Source of the DNA: Octopus bimaculoides
Lineage: Eukaryota
Assembly (NCBI RefSeq): GCF_001194135.2
Contig: NC_068998.1
Location: 1,236,765-1,280,529, forward strand
Length of the DNA: 43,765 bases
Direction: 5' to 3'
The notes beneath the pieces were generated by a model. The model did no database searches. It was not told the DNA's origin and was given only the letters and a program-made list of their open reading frames with translations. Within the stretch, counting starts at the first letter, position 1. Every line of letters begins with the position of its first letter. A program made the position numbers and the translations under genes. This document shows positions 11,215 to 24,095 of this stretch, piece by piece.

Positions 11215-11628
11215 GGAGTAGTTGTGTGGTAAGAAGCTTGCTTCATAACCACATGGTTCCGGGTTCAGTCCTACTGCGTGGCACCTTGGTTAAGTGTCTT
11301 CTACTATGTCCTCGGACCGATCAGATACTTGTACGTGGATTTGGTTGACGGAAACTGAAAGAATCCCGTCGTATATATATATGTGTGTGTGTGTGGGAGC
11401 GCACGCGTGTGTGTGTTTGTGTGTGTATGTATGTGTGTCTGTGTTTGTCTTCCCACCATCGCTTGACAACCGACGTTGGTGTGTTTACGTCCCCGTGATT
11501 AGCGGTTCGGTAAAAGGGAGCGATACAATAAGTATAGGCTTAGAAAGAATCAGTTCTGGGGTCGATTTGTTCGACCAAAGGTGGTGCTCCCGCATGGCCG
11601 CAGTGAAATGACTAAACAAGTAAAAGAA
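11215..11628 (+). mobile_element. Full-length tRNA-derived SINE, family B, with internal (TA)n(TG)n tract
   Basis: Head ggagtagttgtgtggtaagaag...ggttcagtcc (A/B boxes), internal microsatellite ~11371-11435, 3' end ggtgctcccgcatggccgcagtgaaatgactaaacaagtaaaag. Confidence 0.9.
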
Positions 11629-12146
11629 TGGGAGTGGGATGTGTAGGGGTGGGTGTGGATGGAAGGGGCATCCATGAAGGGAGAAGGTAGTAGGAATGAA
11701 GGGCGGGAGTATGTGTGAGATGAAGAGAAGAGAGGAAGGGAGTCAGATGAAGAGTGGAGGGGAATTGAGCCCATATGGCGCAAAGGTTGAAGAGAGAAGA
11801 TTAATTCCTGTTCACGGCGAAGGCGGGAGTCCTCTGTGTACGTGTGTGTATATGTGTGTGTGTATGTGTGTGTGTGTATGTGTGTGTTTGTGTGAGTGTG
11901 TGTGTAGTTTGTAGACCCAGTGGAGATAGAATCAACAAAAAATGTCTTCCATCCAGTGAAAGATAAATATCAATTTAAATGCACAACCGTAAGAGCTACT
12001 AATAGTTTCATGCTATTATAATACTTGAACAGACATATTTATAAAATACACCATGTATCTTAAAGCAATCTTTCAGGTTATGTTCAAGCGTCATATATAA
12101 ATACATATTATATATACATATATATACATTATATATACATACATAC

Positions 12147-12211
<65 letters not shown>

Positions 12212-13000
12212 GTATACGTGTGTGTGTATAGGTATGTAAGCATGTATTTATGCAAGCGTCTACAAAATATGAACACGTGTCACAGAAGGCCACACCATAA
12301 CGACGAGTACATTCGACACATCTGAGTGCTAATGTCTTTAACAAACCAGATGCTTACGGTCGATGCCATCTCTGTTCACCATTAAATACCATTATTCCAG
12401 TTATTCCAGTTGAAACATCAGTTTCTTATTAAGTTCATTTTGCATCTCTTCAACACATTTACTTCATTACAATATTAAAATATATTTCAACATTTGGTTA
12501 CTTTCTTAAGAAAGTTTCGTTTTCTCTTTCTTTCTCTATTTCTTTCTCTATTTCTTTCTCTATTTCTTTCTTTCTTTCTTTCTCTCTTTCTTTCATTCGT
12601 TCTTTCTTTCATTCTTTCTTGATAAAATGGAAAGATTACAAATTGTGGTAGCAGTTGCTTTTGGAACACAAACAAAAGTTAGATTAAATAAGAAAACCTA
12701 CTTCATTGAAAATATAAGCCAAAACTTAACCACTTCTAATATTCTATTCTTTCTAAACCAAATCATGTTAAATTAATAAAACCTAATCATTACCAACATC
12801 TTTTATTATTTCCCTTATACCGAAAAAATCCCTAATTATCTCCCCCTGTCTGGAACTCTCCTACTTCACATCATAGCGAAGAGATGACACAATATCGGTA
12901 AAGAAATTTGAGAAATTTGAAAAGAAAATACGAAACCGGTTATTTCTCCCAAAATAATGTTACTATGCACAAAATTTTATAAAATTTTTCCAACATAACA

Positions 13001-13273
13001 AACATAGATTTCCGCGTTGACCGTTTGGTTCCGTTCAAGCTATTCGTAATGGATAATCCCTTCCCGGTCCCACCATACGCGCAACATCGTTTTACGTGGA
13101 TGAATGTCTTGTTTCACGCGCGGTGTCGCTTGTTTTCCGGGGATAAGCTATTCCTTACGCTGCTTCATATTGATGTACAGGCACCATTTTTCGTCGCCTG
13201 TAACGATTCGGTAAAGAAATCGCTGCTTGTGTCCATGAGTTGAGCGGTGACGATCAAGCAAACCAGCGGAGAT
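13001..13273 (-). pseudogene. mariner (DD34D) transposase internal fragment
   Basis: Translation ISAGLLDRHRSTHGHKQRFLYRIVTGDEKWCLYINMKQRKE*LIPGKQATPRVKQDIHPRKTMLRVWWDREGIIHYE*LERNQTVNAEIYV contains the mariner signature IVTGDEKW and the KxMLxVWWD motif; two TAG stops. Confidence 0.95.
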
Positions 13274-14354
13274 TAGCAAAAGACGAAGACAGGTGAAGGA
13301 GCAACTAGCAGGTGTATTAGTTTAACACTCGGGAATGCTGGAAAAGTCTTTCAAGTTTCGATCCTACGCTCTTCGACAGAAAGGGATGAGAGGGAAAAAA
13401 GGAGAGAAAACTAAATAAAAAAAAGAAAACGAAGAGAGAGAGAAAAAAATGTCGGGATTTGGTAATCGTATTTGTTACTGTTGTTATCCCTCCGTTTATA
13501 GGATTTTGATTTGCCCTTTGACCTAACTGCCGTGTAAACCGAGATGCATCTGTACACGCATGCGCATACATACGCAGAATCACACAGTTGATGGTTATTG
13601 TCGTAAATGCCGTCAAGAAGTTTACGTAACCACATCTTGTTAATCGTGTGTCTGTGAGAAGGAATTGTGTTATTTTGCTTCTACCAATAACGTGTACGTT
13701 TGTGCGTGCACCCACACATGCACGCACACACACACACACATGTATGAAAAGTGTACACTTTACACTTATGCGCACAATACACATATGTACATAATATGTG
13801 TGTGTATATGTAAGTGAGCATGTGTATGTGTGAGTACGTATGAGTGTGTGAGAGAGTGTTTGTGTGAGTATACAATGGCTGTGTGATGAAGAATAGCGTA
13901 GATAACATGAAACCTTGAAAATACACCTGTCACAACAGTTTCACAAATGACAACAGTAGCAACAGCAGCAGCAGTAGCAACGACAACAACGACAGCAGCA
14001 ACAACTACAGCAACAACAACAACTCTATGTATAAAGAAAGCCATGATGGAATGCGTGAAGATAAGAGCAGAAATTGACTGAACACGGTTTAATCTTGACC
14101 TCGTCCAAATATCAGTTTTTTAAATTCTTTACATTTCGTTTACCTGGTTATATTTATTTACGTTTTTGTTTTGTCATTATTTTGAAACACGTAGATATGG
14201 AAGGGGTGGGGTCGGGTGATGTGAGGGTGATTGGAAGTAAACAACAGTAAGTCATAGCAATGTTCTTGCTATTGTTGTTGTTCTTCTTGATGACGATGTA
14301 GTTATTGTTGTTGCTGATAGTGCTGATGGCGCTGATGGTTTGGTTCTCGTTGCG

Positions 14355-14454
14355 ATGAAATACTATTTGTTGTTGTTCTTGCTCTTGTTGTCGAGGTTGC
14401 AGTTGTTGGCGACCTTTGGTTATTCATGCAACTCCCAAAGGCCTCTTGCTCGGA
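14355..14454 (+). CDS. Candidate signal-peptide-encoding first exon (MKYYLLLFLLLLSRLQLLATFGYSCNSQRPLAR)
   Basis: ATG, basic residue, hydrophobic core, small-residue cleavage-like region, GTAAGA donor at 14455; the Leu run partly derives from (TTG)n. Confidence 0.35.
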
Positions 14455-14887
14455 GTAAGACGATCGAAAATATATACATTTGATAAAGCCTTCTATCTCT
14501 AACTTGCCCATCTTTATTGGTCATTTAAGACGACGGGCAACACCTCTCGCAGCAACTTCTTCAGATTCTAAGAATGAAGGTCTTTGTATTCTCCAATATG
14601 TCGAAGTTTCTGTTAAAAGAATTGGTGAAAATTAATTAATTGCATGAAATGTGACCAGTCTTCAGCAGCACAATACATAGTTTGCCGGTTTAAAGAGAAG
14701 TGTTATAATAAATAACAGGAGCTGCAAAAGAGGGAGAATAGAGAACGCCGGTGTGTTGGTTGTTGATGAGAAAAGATTGGTGGTGGTGGTGGTGACTATG
14801 TTGCAAAATAAAGAACTCAAAACCAGTGGGATAGTGACGGCATATTTATAATGAAGTGGGTTCAACAAAACGGAAGAATATCAAAAG

Positions 14888-15275
14888 CAGCGGCTCTCAA
14901 CCGTTCTTTGTTTTTTTATTTGTATCCTTTTGACTATTATCTTGTTCTGGTGGAACCCCTTTGCCATTCGATGTTTATAATTTAGTTTTATAGATACGTC
15001 TTTCAAATATTTTGCTTTTCACACATTCTCTTGTGAAGGTTTGCAATAGAACTCTCTCGGGGAACAGGTTTCAGTGGCGGGAAACATATTGAAATATACA
15101 AAACATTAGAGAAAGGACCCTGTACGTTACAATGAATACCTCTAAAGGGAGAAGATTTTTCATGGACCCCAGAAATAATGCTGTGGATCCCTAATTTACT
15201 ATTTTGCTTGCGTTGACCCTCGAAAATTGTATATAGACCATCAGGAGTTGCATAGAAGGCGGTTGAGAACCTCTG
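14888..15275. mobile_element. hAT (Charlie-like) non-autonomous MITE
   Basis: TIRs cagcggctctcaacc (14888-14902) and ggttgagaacctctg (15261-15275) match at 13/15; 8 bp flanks atcaaaag and acctgaag match at 5/8; internal ggaccc-type subterminal motifs. Confidence 0.75.
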
Positions 15276-15779
15276 ACCTGAAGGAACACAGAGCTATATC
15301 CATAGAAAGAGACATCGAGAGAAGAATTCGATCTACGCCAGTTGGATCAGCACCCAATAACTGAAATATAATTTATCGATTTTAGTGGAGTGGAGAAAGG
15401 CAGTGAGGGTAAGGATACAGTTTGTACTCCGTACACGGGTACACTTATCCCGACCTCCACCCCCATCCCACCCATTCGGTTCTCCATCCCCCTTATATCA
15501 CTGGTATTTTATTATGTGTATTGTCCCCAACACCTTTAAAGCCCCACCGTACAGAATAAACTGACGTCATCACCAACATCGCCACATCAACGCCGCCACC
15601 CCAACGACTATAACAAAACTATAGCGTCATTCCTATCACCACCACAACAACAGCAACAGCAACATTGCTACAACTCATAACATACTACCACTGCTACTAA
15701 CAAAGACAACACCAACACCACTACCACCACCATCACCACCACCAGCTCTGCCAACTCCACCCACCATCACCGAATATAT

Positions 15780-15824
<45 letters not shown>

Positions 15825-16233
15825 ACAACCATTTCCTCTAATACGACTACCACCACCACCACCGCCGCCGCCAAACAGCGACTTNNNNNNNNNNNNNNNN
15901 NNNNNNNNNNNNNNNNNNNNNNNNNNNNNNNNNNNNNNNNNNNNNNNNNNNNNNNNNNNNNNNNNNNNNNNNNNNNNNNNNNNNNNNNNNNNNNNNNNNN
16001 NNNNNNNNNNNNNNNNNNNNNNNNNNNNNNNNNNNNNNNNNNNNNNNNNNNNNNNNNNNNNNNNNNNNNNNNNNNNNNNNNNNNNNNNNNNNNNNNNNNN
16101 NNNNNNNNNNNNNNNNNNNNNNNNNNNNNNNNNNNNNNNNNNNNNNNNNNNACTAATGGAAGATTTCGATTTTGAATTCATCCCCCTCGAGTGTGGGGAT
16201 GGTAGAAGCAGTAGTAGCAGCAGCAGTAGCAGC

Positions 16234-16283
<50 letters not shown>

Positions 16284-16625
16284 AAAAGGTGGAGAGGGAG
16301 GTGGAAACGGTGGTGGGAATGTGTTTGGGGTGGGTGGCGAACGAGAGGAAGGTTGTATGGTGTTTGTTGAGTGTAAGTATGAGTGTAGGTGTGAGTGTGA
16401 GCAAGGGCGAGGGACGAAGAGTGAGTCCTGACAAATAGAGGAATAGCTACCCTCGTATTTATCCTCGCACCACCACTCCCGGAAACGTATAAATTTTTTC
16501 GTTGATTTTTGCATTTTGTTATTTTTTAAACCTCTCCCCTCTACTCACGCCCCACGCCTCCCACCTCCACCACACTTCTTCCCCTGATTACCGACCGTTA
16601 AGGACGTATTTAGCCGTAGTTACCA

Positions 16626-16672
<47 letters not shown>

Positions 16673-16751
16673 ATATTGCTGCTGTTACACACATTTGCAG
16701 ACACATACAAAGAGATATATATTTATGTATATGCATATACATATACATACA

Positions 16752-16803
<52 letters not shown>

Positions 16804-18519
16804 TACACATATGTATATCAGCTATATAATCATGCATACACAAATTACTTACACACACACATTCATACATATACATGTATGAATGTGTGCGTGTATATAT
16901 ATATATAGATATAAAGATAGATAGATAGAGAGAGAGTGAGAGAGAGACATGTACATGTATGCATATGTATATATGCACATACATATAAATACATATATCT
17001 CTATACACACATACATGCACAGATATACACACATGGACACACGCCCACTCACACACACAAATAGACAAGCGCACACAACACAAACATATATACGCATACA
17101 TACACACACATATACACACACATGCACACATATACACCCCCTGATCGTTCCGCTTCTTTCATTGATTCTAAGTCAATATTGACATAAAGCCAGAATCCAA
17201 TCCAGCCATGATGGTCCGTTTTACAATTACGCCATCCGCCTCCATCGTCTCATCATTGTCCTCCACCACCAACACCACCACACACCCTCCTCCTCCTCCT
17301 CCTCCTCTCCTCCACATTGTCCACAATTACCATCACCACCATCATCATCACCACGATCGTACCATCACCGTGCCACCATCACCATCATCATCATAAGCAT
17401 CACCACCATCACCATCGCCGCCACCACCCTCACCACCATCACCACTATCCCCACTACTGCCATCACCGCTGTCACCTTATTCACAACTGCCTTTGTTACT
17501 TGCCCCACGTCCACCAAAACCATCACCACCACCACCATTGCCGCCACCGTCCCCATACAACAACACTTCCAGTACCAAACCCACCACTACCACTAGAACC
17601 TAAACCCCCTCAATCAAACACCACCACCAACAATACCATTCTCACACCACCGACCCATCCCCACCCCACCACCACCATCGCCTTTATAATCATAATGAGT
17701 GACAACACCGCCACCATCAGCATCAGCAACACCGCCCCCGCTAGCCCTGTCATCGTCATCATCATCAACAACAGCACCAACAACAACAACGAAGAGGCAT
17801 TAGATTCGCCATCGATACTGATGTAACAATCAGCGCCAAAAGTGGCACCATCACCAGAAACTCTATCAAAATGATTCCAGCAATGACCACCCTGCCTTGT
17901 CTAGAAGTGATGTTGTGTTCACTATAAACAACTGCTTCCCAACTACAACATTGTAGTCGCTTTTCCTTTTTATTCCTAAATTTGTTTTAGTCAGGACAAT
18001 TACGGCCCTGCTGGAGCACCACTATCAGGAATGAATGTTCTGTCTTTTGTGTTGGATCTGTGCATGGCATGAGTCCATCTTCTTTACTTTCGTGTCTGTA
18101 CAGAGGTAGTGAAGGATGGGTGGCGCTATAATGGGAACACTCCTTGATTGAGCTCTTCACTAATTAAGTAAAAGACAGACAGACAGACATAAGTTTTGCA
18201 ACAGCACGCGAACCTTCCTCGCCTTTGCCACCTCCAGCCACCAATGAAACGCACCTCTGATCACGTGGTATACATCTTGGCGCCGACAGATGTAAAGATC
18301 TGATTCTCTTTCTACTGTTTCTTGTAATAACTAGTGCCACCTATATGCATTGGTACACTGGGTTGTTGAGCGGGGGGCTTCACGGGTATAGGGACCCGAT
18401 TCCAATCTATGCCTGGCTTTCAATAAATATTTATAGGACCCACAGCATTGGCCCAGGATGGAGGACTATAATGCTACAATGACGGCCCTGCTGACAAGCG
18501 ACATCATGACGGTGATGAC

Positions 18520-18551
<32 letters not shown>

Positions 18552-18569
18552 AGGGGTGCTGCTACTGCT

Positions 18570-18600
<31 letters not shown>

Positions 18601-19150
18601 ATGATAGAGGGTGCTGATAGTGGTGGTAGTAGTGGTATTGCTATTGNNNNNNNNNNNNNNNNNNNNNNNNNNNNNNNNNNNNNNNNNNNNNNNNNNNNNN
18701 NNNNNNNNNNNNNNNNNNNNNNNNNNNNNNNNNNNNNNNNNNNNNNNNNNNNNNNNNNNNNNNNNNNNNNNNNNNNNNNNNNNNNNNNNNNNNNNNNNNN
18801 NNNNNNNNNNNNNNNNNNNNNNNNNNNNNNNNNNNNNNNNNNNNNNNNNNNNNNNNNNNNNNNNNNNNNNNNNNNNNNNNNNNNNNNNNNNNNNNNNNNN
18901 NNNNNNNNNNNNNNNNNNNNNNNNNNNNNNNNNNNNNNNNNNNNNNNNNNNNNNNNNNNNNNNNNNNNNNNNNNNNNNNNNNNNNNNNNNNNNNNNNNNN
19001 NNNNNNNNNNNNNNTGTGTGTGTATGTGTGACATAGCCATTAACGATTGGTCGAGCGGAAGTGAAGTCTATGGTTGTATACACTGGGAGCGATGGACAGA
19101 CTCTGTCGTCAGAATTGTTGATCGCAAAACACGATAACATCAATGTATAA

Positions 19151-19194
<44 letters not shown>

Positions 19195-19724
19195 GCATAT
19201 ATGTGTTTGTATATATATATATATATACATACACACAAACATGTATATACATATTTATACATATGCATACATATATTTTCATATATATTCATGTATATGT
19301 ATGTATATGGGTATGTTTGCTTGTGTGTGTTTGTGTATATGTAACTGCAAACACGAGAACAGGCAAATTGACAGACAAGCAAGGAGCGGGTGAGAAATGT
19401 GTGTATGCGTGTGCGCGTGACGACATGGAGTTAGAGAAAACTGAGGAGAGCAGGGACCAGCCCTACACCAGCAGACAACATCAACCAGCTGTGTCGAATG
19501 GCAGCCTGCTGACATCGCTGGTGGAACAGGGACCCGACATCATCAGTCTGTCGGTCTGTCGGTCTGTCTGTCCTGTCTGGAGCCGTCCATATGTGGCGGA
19601 CGGTTCACCAACTTGTGCCCATTGTGTTGAATGACACTGTAAAAAGACAGCAGCAGTAGTAGCAGCGATAGCGTTTGACTTGGGCCAATATGGATGCCTT
19701 TACGTTGTATTTCGACCTGACGAA

Positions 19725-19865
19725 AAATAGCAGCCAAATCTCCCTCAAATCATCCCCTACTCAACAAATAGTGTAGGATGCTCGTAATAAAGCGAGGTGG
19801 TCGCGGTTGAAGTGACTTTTGATTATAAGTCAGTTCAATCAGGGCTGACCTAAGGCCAAACAACA
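19725..19865 (-). repeat. Dispersed repeat X
   Basis: aaatagcagccaaatcttccctcaaatca and tcagggctgacctaaggccaaac are reverse complements of repeat X modules. Confidence 0.7.
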
Positions 19866-20430
19866 ACACTGGCATTTTATTTTATTGACCCTGAAAGGGA
19901 AATAAAGACCATTTTCACCGGAATTTGAACTGATGGCTTTAAGACAACTAAATATCAATATCTAAGCTAAAATTGAGAGAACGTATCGAACCAATAGGTT
20001 ACTGGTATTTCATTTATCGATCTCAGAATCCTCCAATGGACAGAGAACATTCAGGAGGGAAGAAGTATTGCAAGAGAAATCGTAAAATATTCGTAAATTG
20101 CTTTAAATCAATTTCCCGTTGAAAACAAAGTCTCGTTTTCTAACGTTTTCCTCGAGACAGCGTTACACTGCATCTGAAAAAAGGTTGGATTGTCATAGGT
20201 TTACTGCAGCAGGTCTAATCTGTGGCTAAGCAACTCCAGGATCATTTGCTTCTCTATATTATCTGTTATAATAATTCTTGGTTTCGATTTCAGGTCAGTC
20301 CTTGTTGAACAGACCTTCTTTCCTCAGACGGCAGGCTGTGATTTGAGGGATATTCGGCTGCAATGTTTAGTAGAATAAAGGACCTCATAAAGACTCCCTC
20401 TTTGGTTCGGCGTAATTCTGGGAGATTTGA

Positions 20431-20712
20431 GAGAATTAGTAGAATCATTGGTAGAAATGAGAAGAAACTGGAGAATAACTGGTAGAAATGGTAGAATTTG
20501 CAAACGTGACGAAAGCGGCAGAATTTGGCAGAAAAATTGGTGGAGGTATTAGAATTGATAGAACTGGGAGGATAATTAGTAGAAGTGACAGAAGCAGTAG
20601 AATAATTGGTAGGAGGGGCAGTAGTAGAATTGGTAAAACTGGTAGATGTGGTAGAACTAATAGGAGTAGCAGAAGTAGTAGAATTAGTAGAACTGGTAAA
20701 AGTCGTAGAAGC
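20431..20712. repeat. Degenerate ~9 bp minisatellite built on (T/A)GTAGAA(T/A/C)N
   Basis: Repeated gtagaa/ggtagaa cores at roughly 9 bp spacing. Confidence 0.7.
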
Positions 20713-21034
20713 AACAAAGAAATAGCTTTACGTTTGTTTGTATTTTGATAGGCTTTTTGTCATGCCATCATCAGGAAAAAAATATCGATCTGTGAGCAAA
20801 ACGTAATCACCTCTAAACTATGTTACCTTGTATTGATATTTGAAATCAATATGTTGTATGTAGGATTTAGTGGTCATATGAACGGTCATATGAGGCACCC
20901 TCACTGGTGTGTAATGTATAAAAATAGGTATGTGTGTGTGTGTGTGTCTGTGTCTGTGTGTACATATATATGTATATATACACACAGACAACATACACAC
21001 GTATATATGTTTGGGGAGAGAGAGAGAGAGAGAG

Positions 21035-21084
<50 letters not shown>

Positions 21085-21649
21085 ACTGATCTAATGTATA
21101 TAGAAGCGGCGGTGTAGATGGGGATGTATAAGGAGATATACAAGGGAGCTGTCATTTGACTGCGATACAAGCTGACCGTAACATCTGATCTTATCCACTG
21201 ATAATGTTCAACATCTTTGGTAAAAAGAAAAAAATAATAATAATAATAACAATAAACAGGAATTTGCAGATTCCATAACCAGCCTGCTTCCTGCTACTTT
21301 GGCCACACCAACTTTCTTTCCTTTGTTTTTTCTTTTTAACTTCCCAATTTCTTCTTCTTCTTCTTCTTCTTCTTCTTCTTCTTCTTCTTCTTCTTCTTTC
21401 CCCGTCGTCCTGGAATCCGTATTGTTGTTATTGGTACTGTTGTTTTTGTTGTTATTGAATGTCCATATATGGCTTTAATGAATACGAACACTGTGGCACA
21501 ACACTGGTTCCCACGAGAACTTCACAATTCCTTCATATCCATTCCAAAAGCCTCCTCTTCTGCAATACTCTTCTTCTTCCTAATCAATTTCATTATCCAC
21601 ATCACCACCATAGTCAGATTATACATACACACACACTGCATTTCGTCCG

Positions 21650-21805
21650 CTTTCACGTTCTGAGTTTCAAATTCCGTCGAGGTCGACTTTGCCTTTCATC
21701 CTTTTTAAGGGCTGATCAAACAAGGGCCAGCTGAGCCCTGGGGTCGGGTTAGTCAACTCACCCCCCTCACCCGAACTTGCTGGGTTGTCTCAAAGTTTGA
21801 AATCA
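21650..21805 (+). mobile_element. SINE family A, 5'-truncated
   Basis: gttctgagtttcaaattccgtcgaggtcgactttgcctttcatcc. Confidence 0.85.
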
Positions 21806-23234
21806 AAATTAATTTTGATGTTTTTTTTTTATTGTAGCTGCTGTCCTTGTGTTTGTTGTTATCATTGTTGTTGATGTTGCTGTTGTTGTTTTGTTGTTGT
21901 TGATGTAATAAGTGTGAAAAATGAAGTCAAATAATAAAGGAAGAGAAAAAAATGGGGAAAACCTTGTCATTATACTTGGTTTCCACGAATGTGCAGTGGT
22001 GTATATATTTATGTACTCGTGAATATATTTATATACACAAAGATTTATATGTCCTCATACATACGTAAGTACGTATATGTGTATCCACATGTGTGTATGA
22101 GTGCGTGTGTATCTATATGCACACCGCTGCATATATGTGTATGTGCGTATATATTCATAAGCACACATATATACATATAAGCCTATATACATGTATGCAT
22201 ATATAGATATAAGTACAAATATACATATATACATACTTTATACGTGATATTAAATATGTATATATGTATATATATATATATATATNNNNNNNNNNNNNNN
22301 NNNNNNNNNNNNNNNNNNNNNNNNNNNNNNNNNNNNNNNNNNNNNNNNNNNNNNNNNNNNNNNNNNNNNNNNNNNNNNNNNNNNNNNNNNNNNNNNNNNN
22401 NNNNNNNNNNNNNNNNNNNNNNNNNNNNNNNNNNNNNNNNNNNNNNNNNNNNNNNNNNNNNNNNNNNNNNNNNNNNNNNNNNNNNNNNNNNNNNNNNNNN
22501 NNNNNNNNNNNNNNNNNNNNNNNNNNNNNNNNNNNNNNNNNNNNNNNNNNNNNNNNNNNNNNNNNNNNNNNNNNNNNNNNNNNNNNNNNNNNNNNNNNNN
22601 NNNNNNNNNNNNNNNNNNNNNNNNNNNNNNNNNNNNNNNNNNNNNNNNNNNNNNNNNNNNNNNNNNNNNNNNNNNNNNNNNNNNNNNAAGAAGAAGAAGA
22701 AGAAGAAGAAGAAGAAGAAGAAGAAGAAGAAAGGGCTGGAAATGAAACGATCAGGTTGAAGTGTTTGTTGTGAGGTGTACATGAAAAATGACTAAATTAA
22801 GAACAACAACAGTTGTAAGATAGTCTACGACAAACATTCCTGTCATCGTCCATAGGAAGAAAAACTATTTAGATAAGATATCTTTTTTTTTTAAAAAAAA
22901 TGATTTTATTATTTGCGTTAGTTTTGTCTGCTTGGCTTTTGTTTTTTTTCTTTTTCTCTTTTAAAGCGACTGCTAACATTTTCGAGACGGCTCGGTTTTA
23001 TGTTCGTTGCTAATTAAAAGTAAAGAGTTGGGATATTAATCATTAGTAGATCAGCAGACAATATCTGAAGAAAGATGGAATTCTGCAAATAGCTACTCAT
23101 CATCATCGTCATCATCATCATCATCATCACTATGGATATCAATGCTGTTGCTGCTGCAGATGTTCCTGCAAATGCTACTGCTGCTGCAGATGTTGTTGTT
23201 ACTGCCACTGCCGCCGCCGCTGCTGCTGCTGCTG

Positions 23235-23300
<66 letters not shown>

Positions 23301-23390
23301 TTTTTATAATAATCAACATCAACATCTTTCCGTTGATTAGAAGAAATTCTGATGACATCGTCTGAAAGCTTCCACTGTTAAAAATAAATA

Positions 23391-23432
<42 letters not shown>

Positions 23433-23585
23433 TTTTCTACTCTAGGATAATAGTAACAACAACAACGATCACCATCCCCACCATGATGACAACGACAGCA
23501 CCACCACAAACAGCAACAATGTTGTTGGAAATTTTTGAGATAAAATAGCATAAATTCTTTTTTCTCTTTTTTGTTTTTTCTTTAG

Positions 23586-23632
23586 ATATGCTTAGAGGGA
23601 ACCGCTTCAGACATTTTCTTCATTCTTCCAGA
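23586..23632 (+). CDS. Candidate 47 bp internal exon (xMLRGNRFRHFLHSSR in phase 1, or ICLEGTASDIFFILP in phase 0)
   Basis: About 25 nt polypyrimidine tract ending tttag, and a consensus GTAAGT donor at 23633. Confidence 0.5.
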
Positions 23633-24095
23633 GTAAGTAACGTAAAATGATTTCAATCAGAAATCGAAACTGTAACGCTGGCTCCATCAACACTTATTTG
23701 TATAGAAGCTGACAAGACTCAGTCATGGAATGTTCTCGACGTTTTGGAGAAAAGGTAAATGGTAAAAGATAGGAATTTTAAAAGTAAGGATTGTTAATTT
23801 GATACGATAAATATCTTTGGACTGGCAATACAACTTGTTTTAAGGAACCTTGAACCTAGGAGATAACTGGTACTAGTCGAGTCAACCAAGAAAACTCTAC
23901 GTATATCTCCTAGAAGTAACTGTCAAATCCCCTACATGTGTTTTAGGTCTTAAAAGAAAGGGAAAAACACTTTGTATAATGGAACCCTAACTAACTTTTA
24001 GTGGTGTCTATGAAATTAATGACTTCCTCTGCCTAGGACCAAAAACTATTCCTAGGTACCGATAAACCTGGAAGTTCTAAATTCTCCGATGTCTT

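Noticed and set aside
12240-12345. Cys-rich minus-strand frame CVECTRRYGVAFCDTC resembling a zinc finger
   Set aside because: Short, merges into a microsatellite, with no splice signals or recognisable domain spacing.
17200-17830. His/Thr/Pro-rich ORFs
   Set aside because: Degenerate (CAC/CAT)n low-complexity sequence open in several frames.
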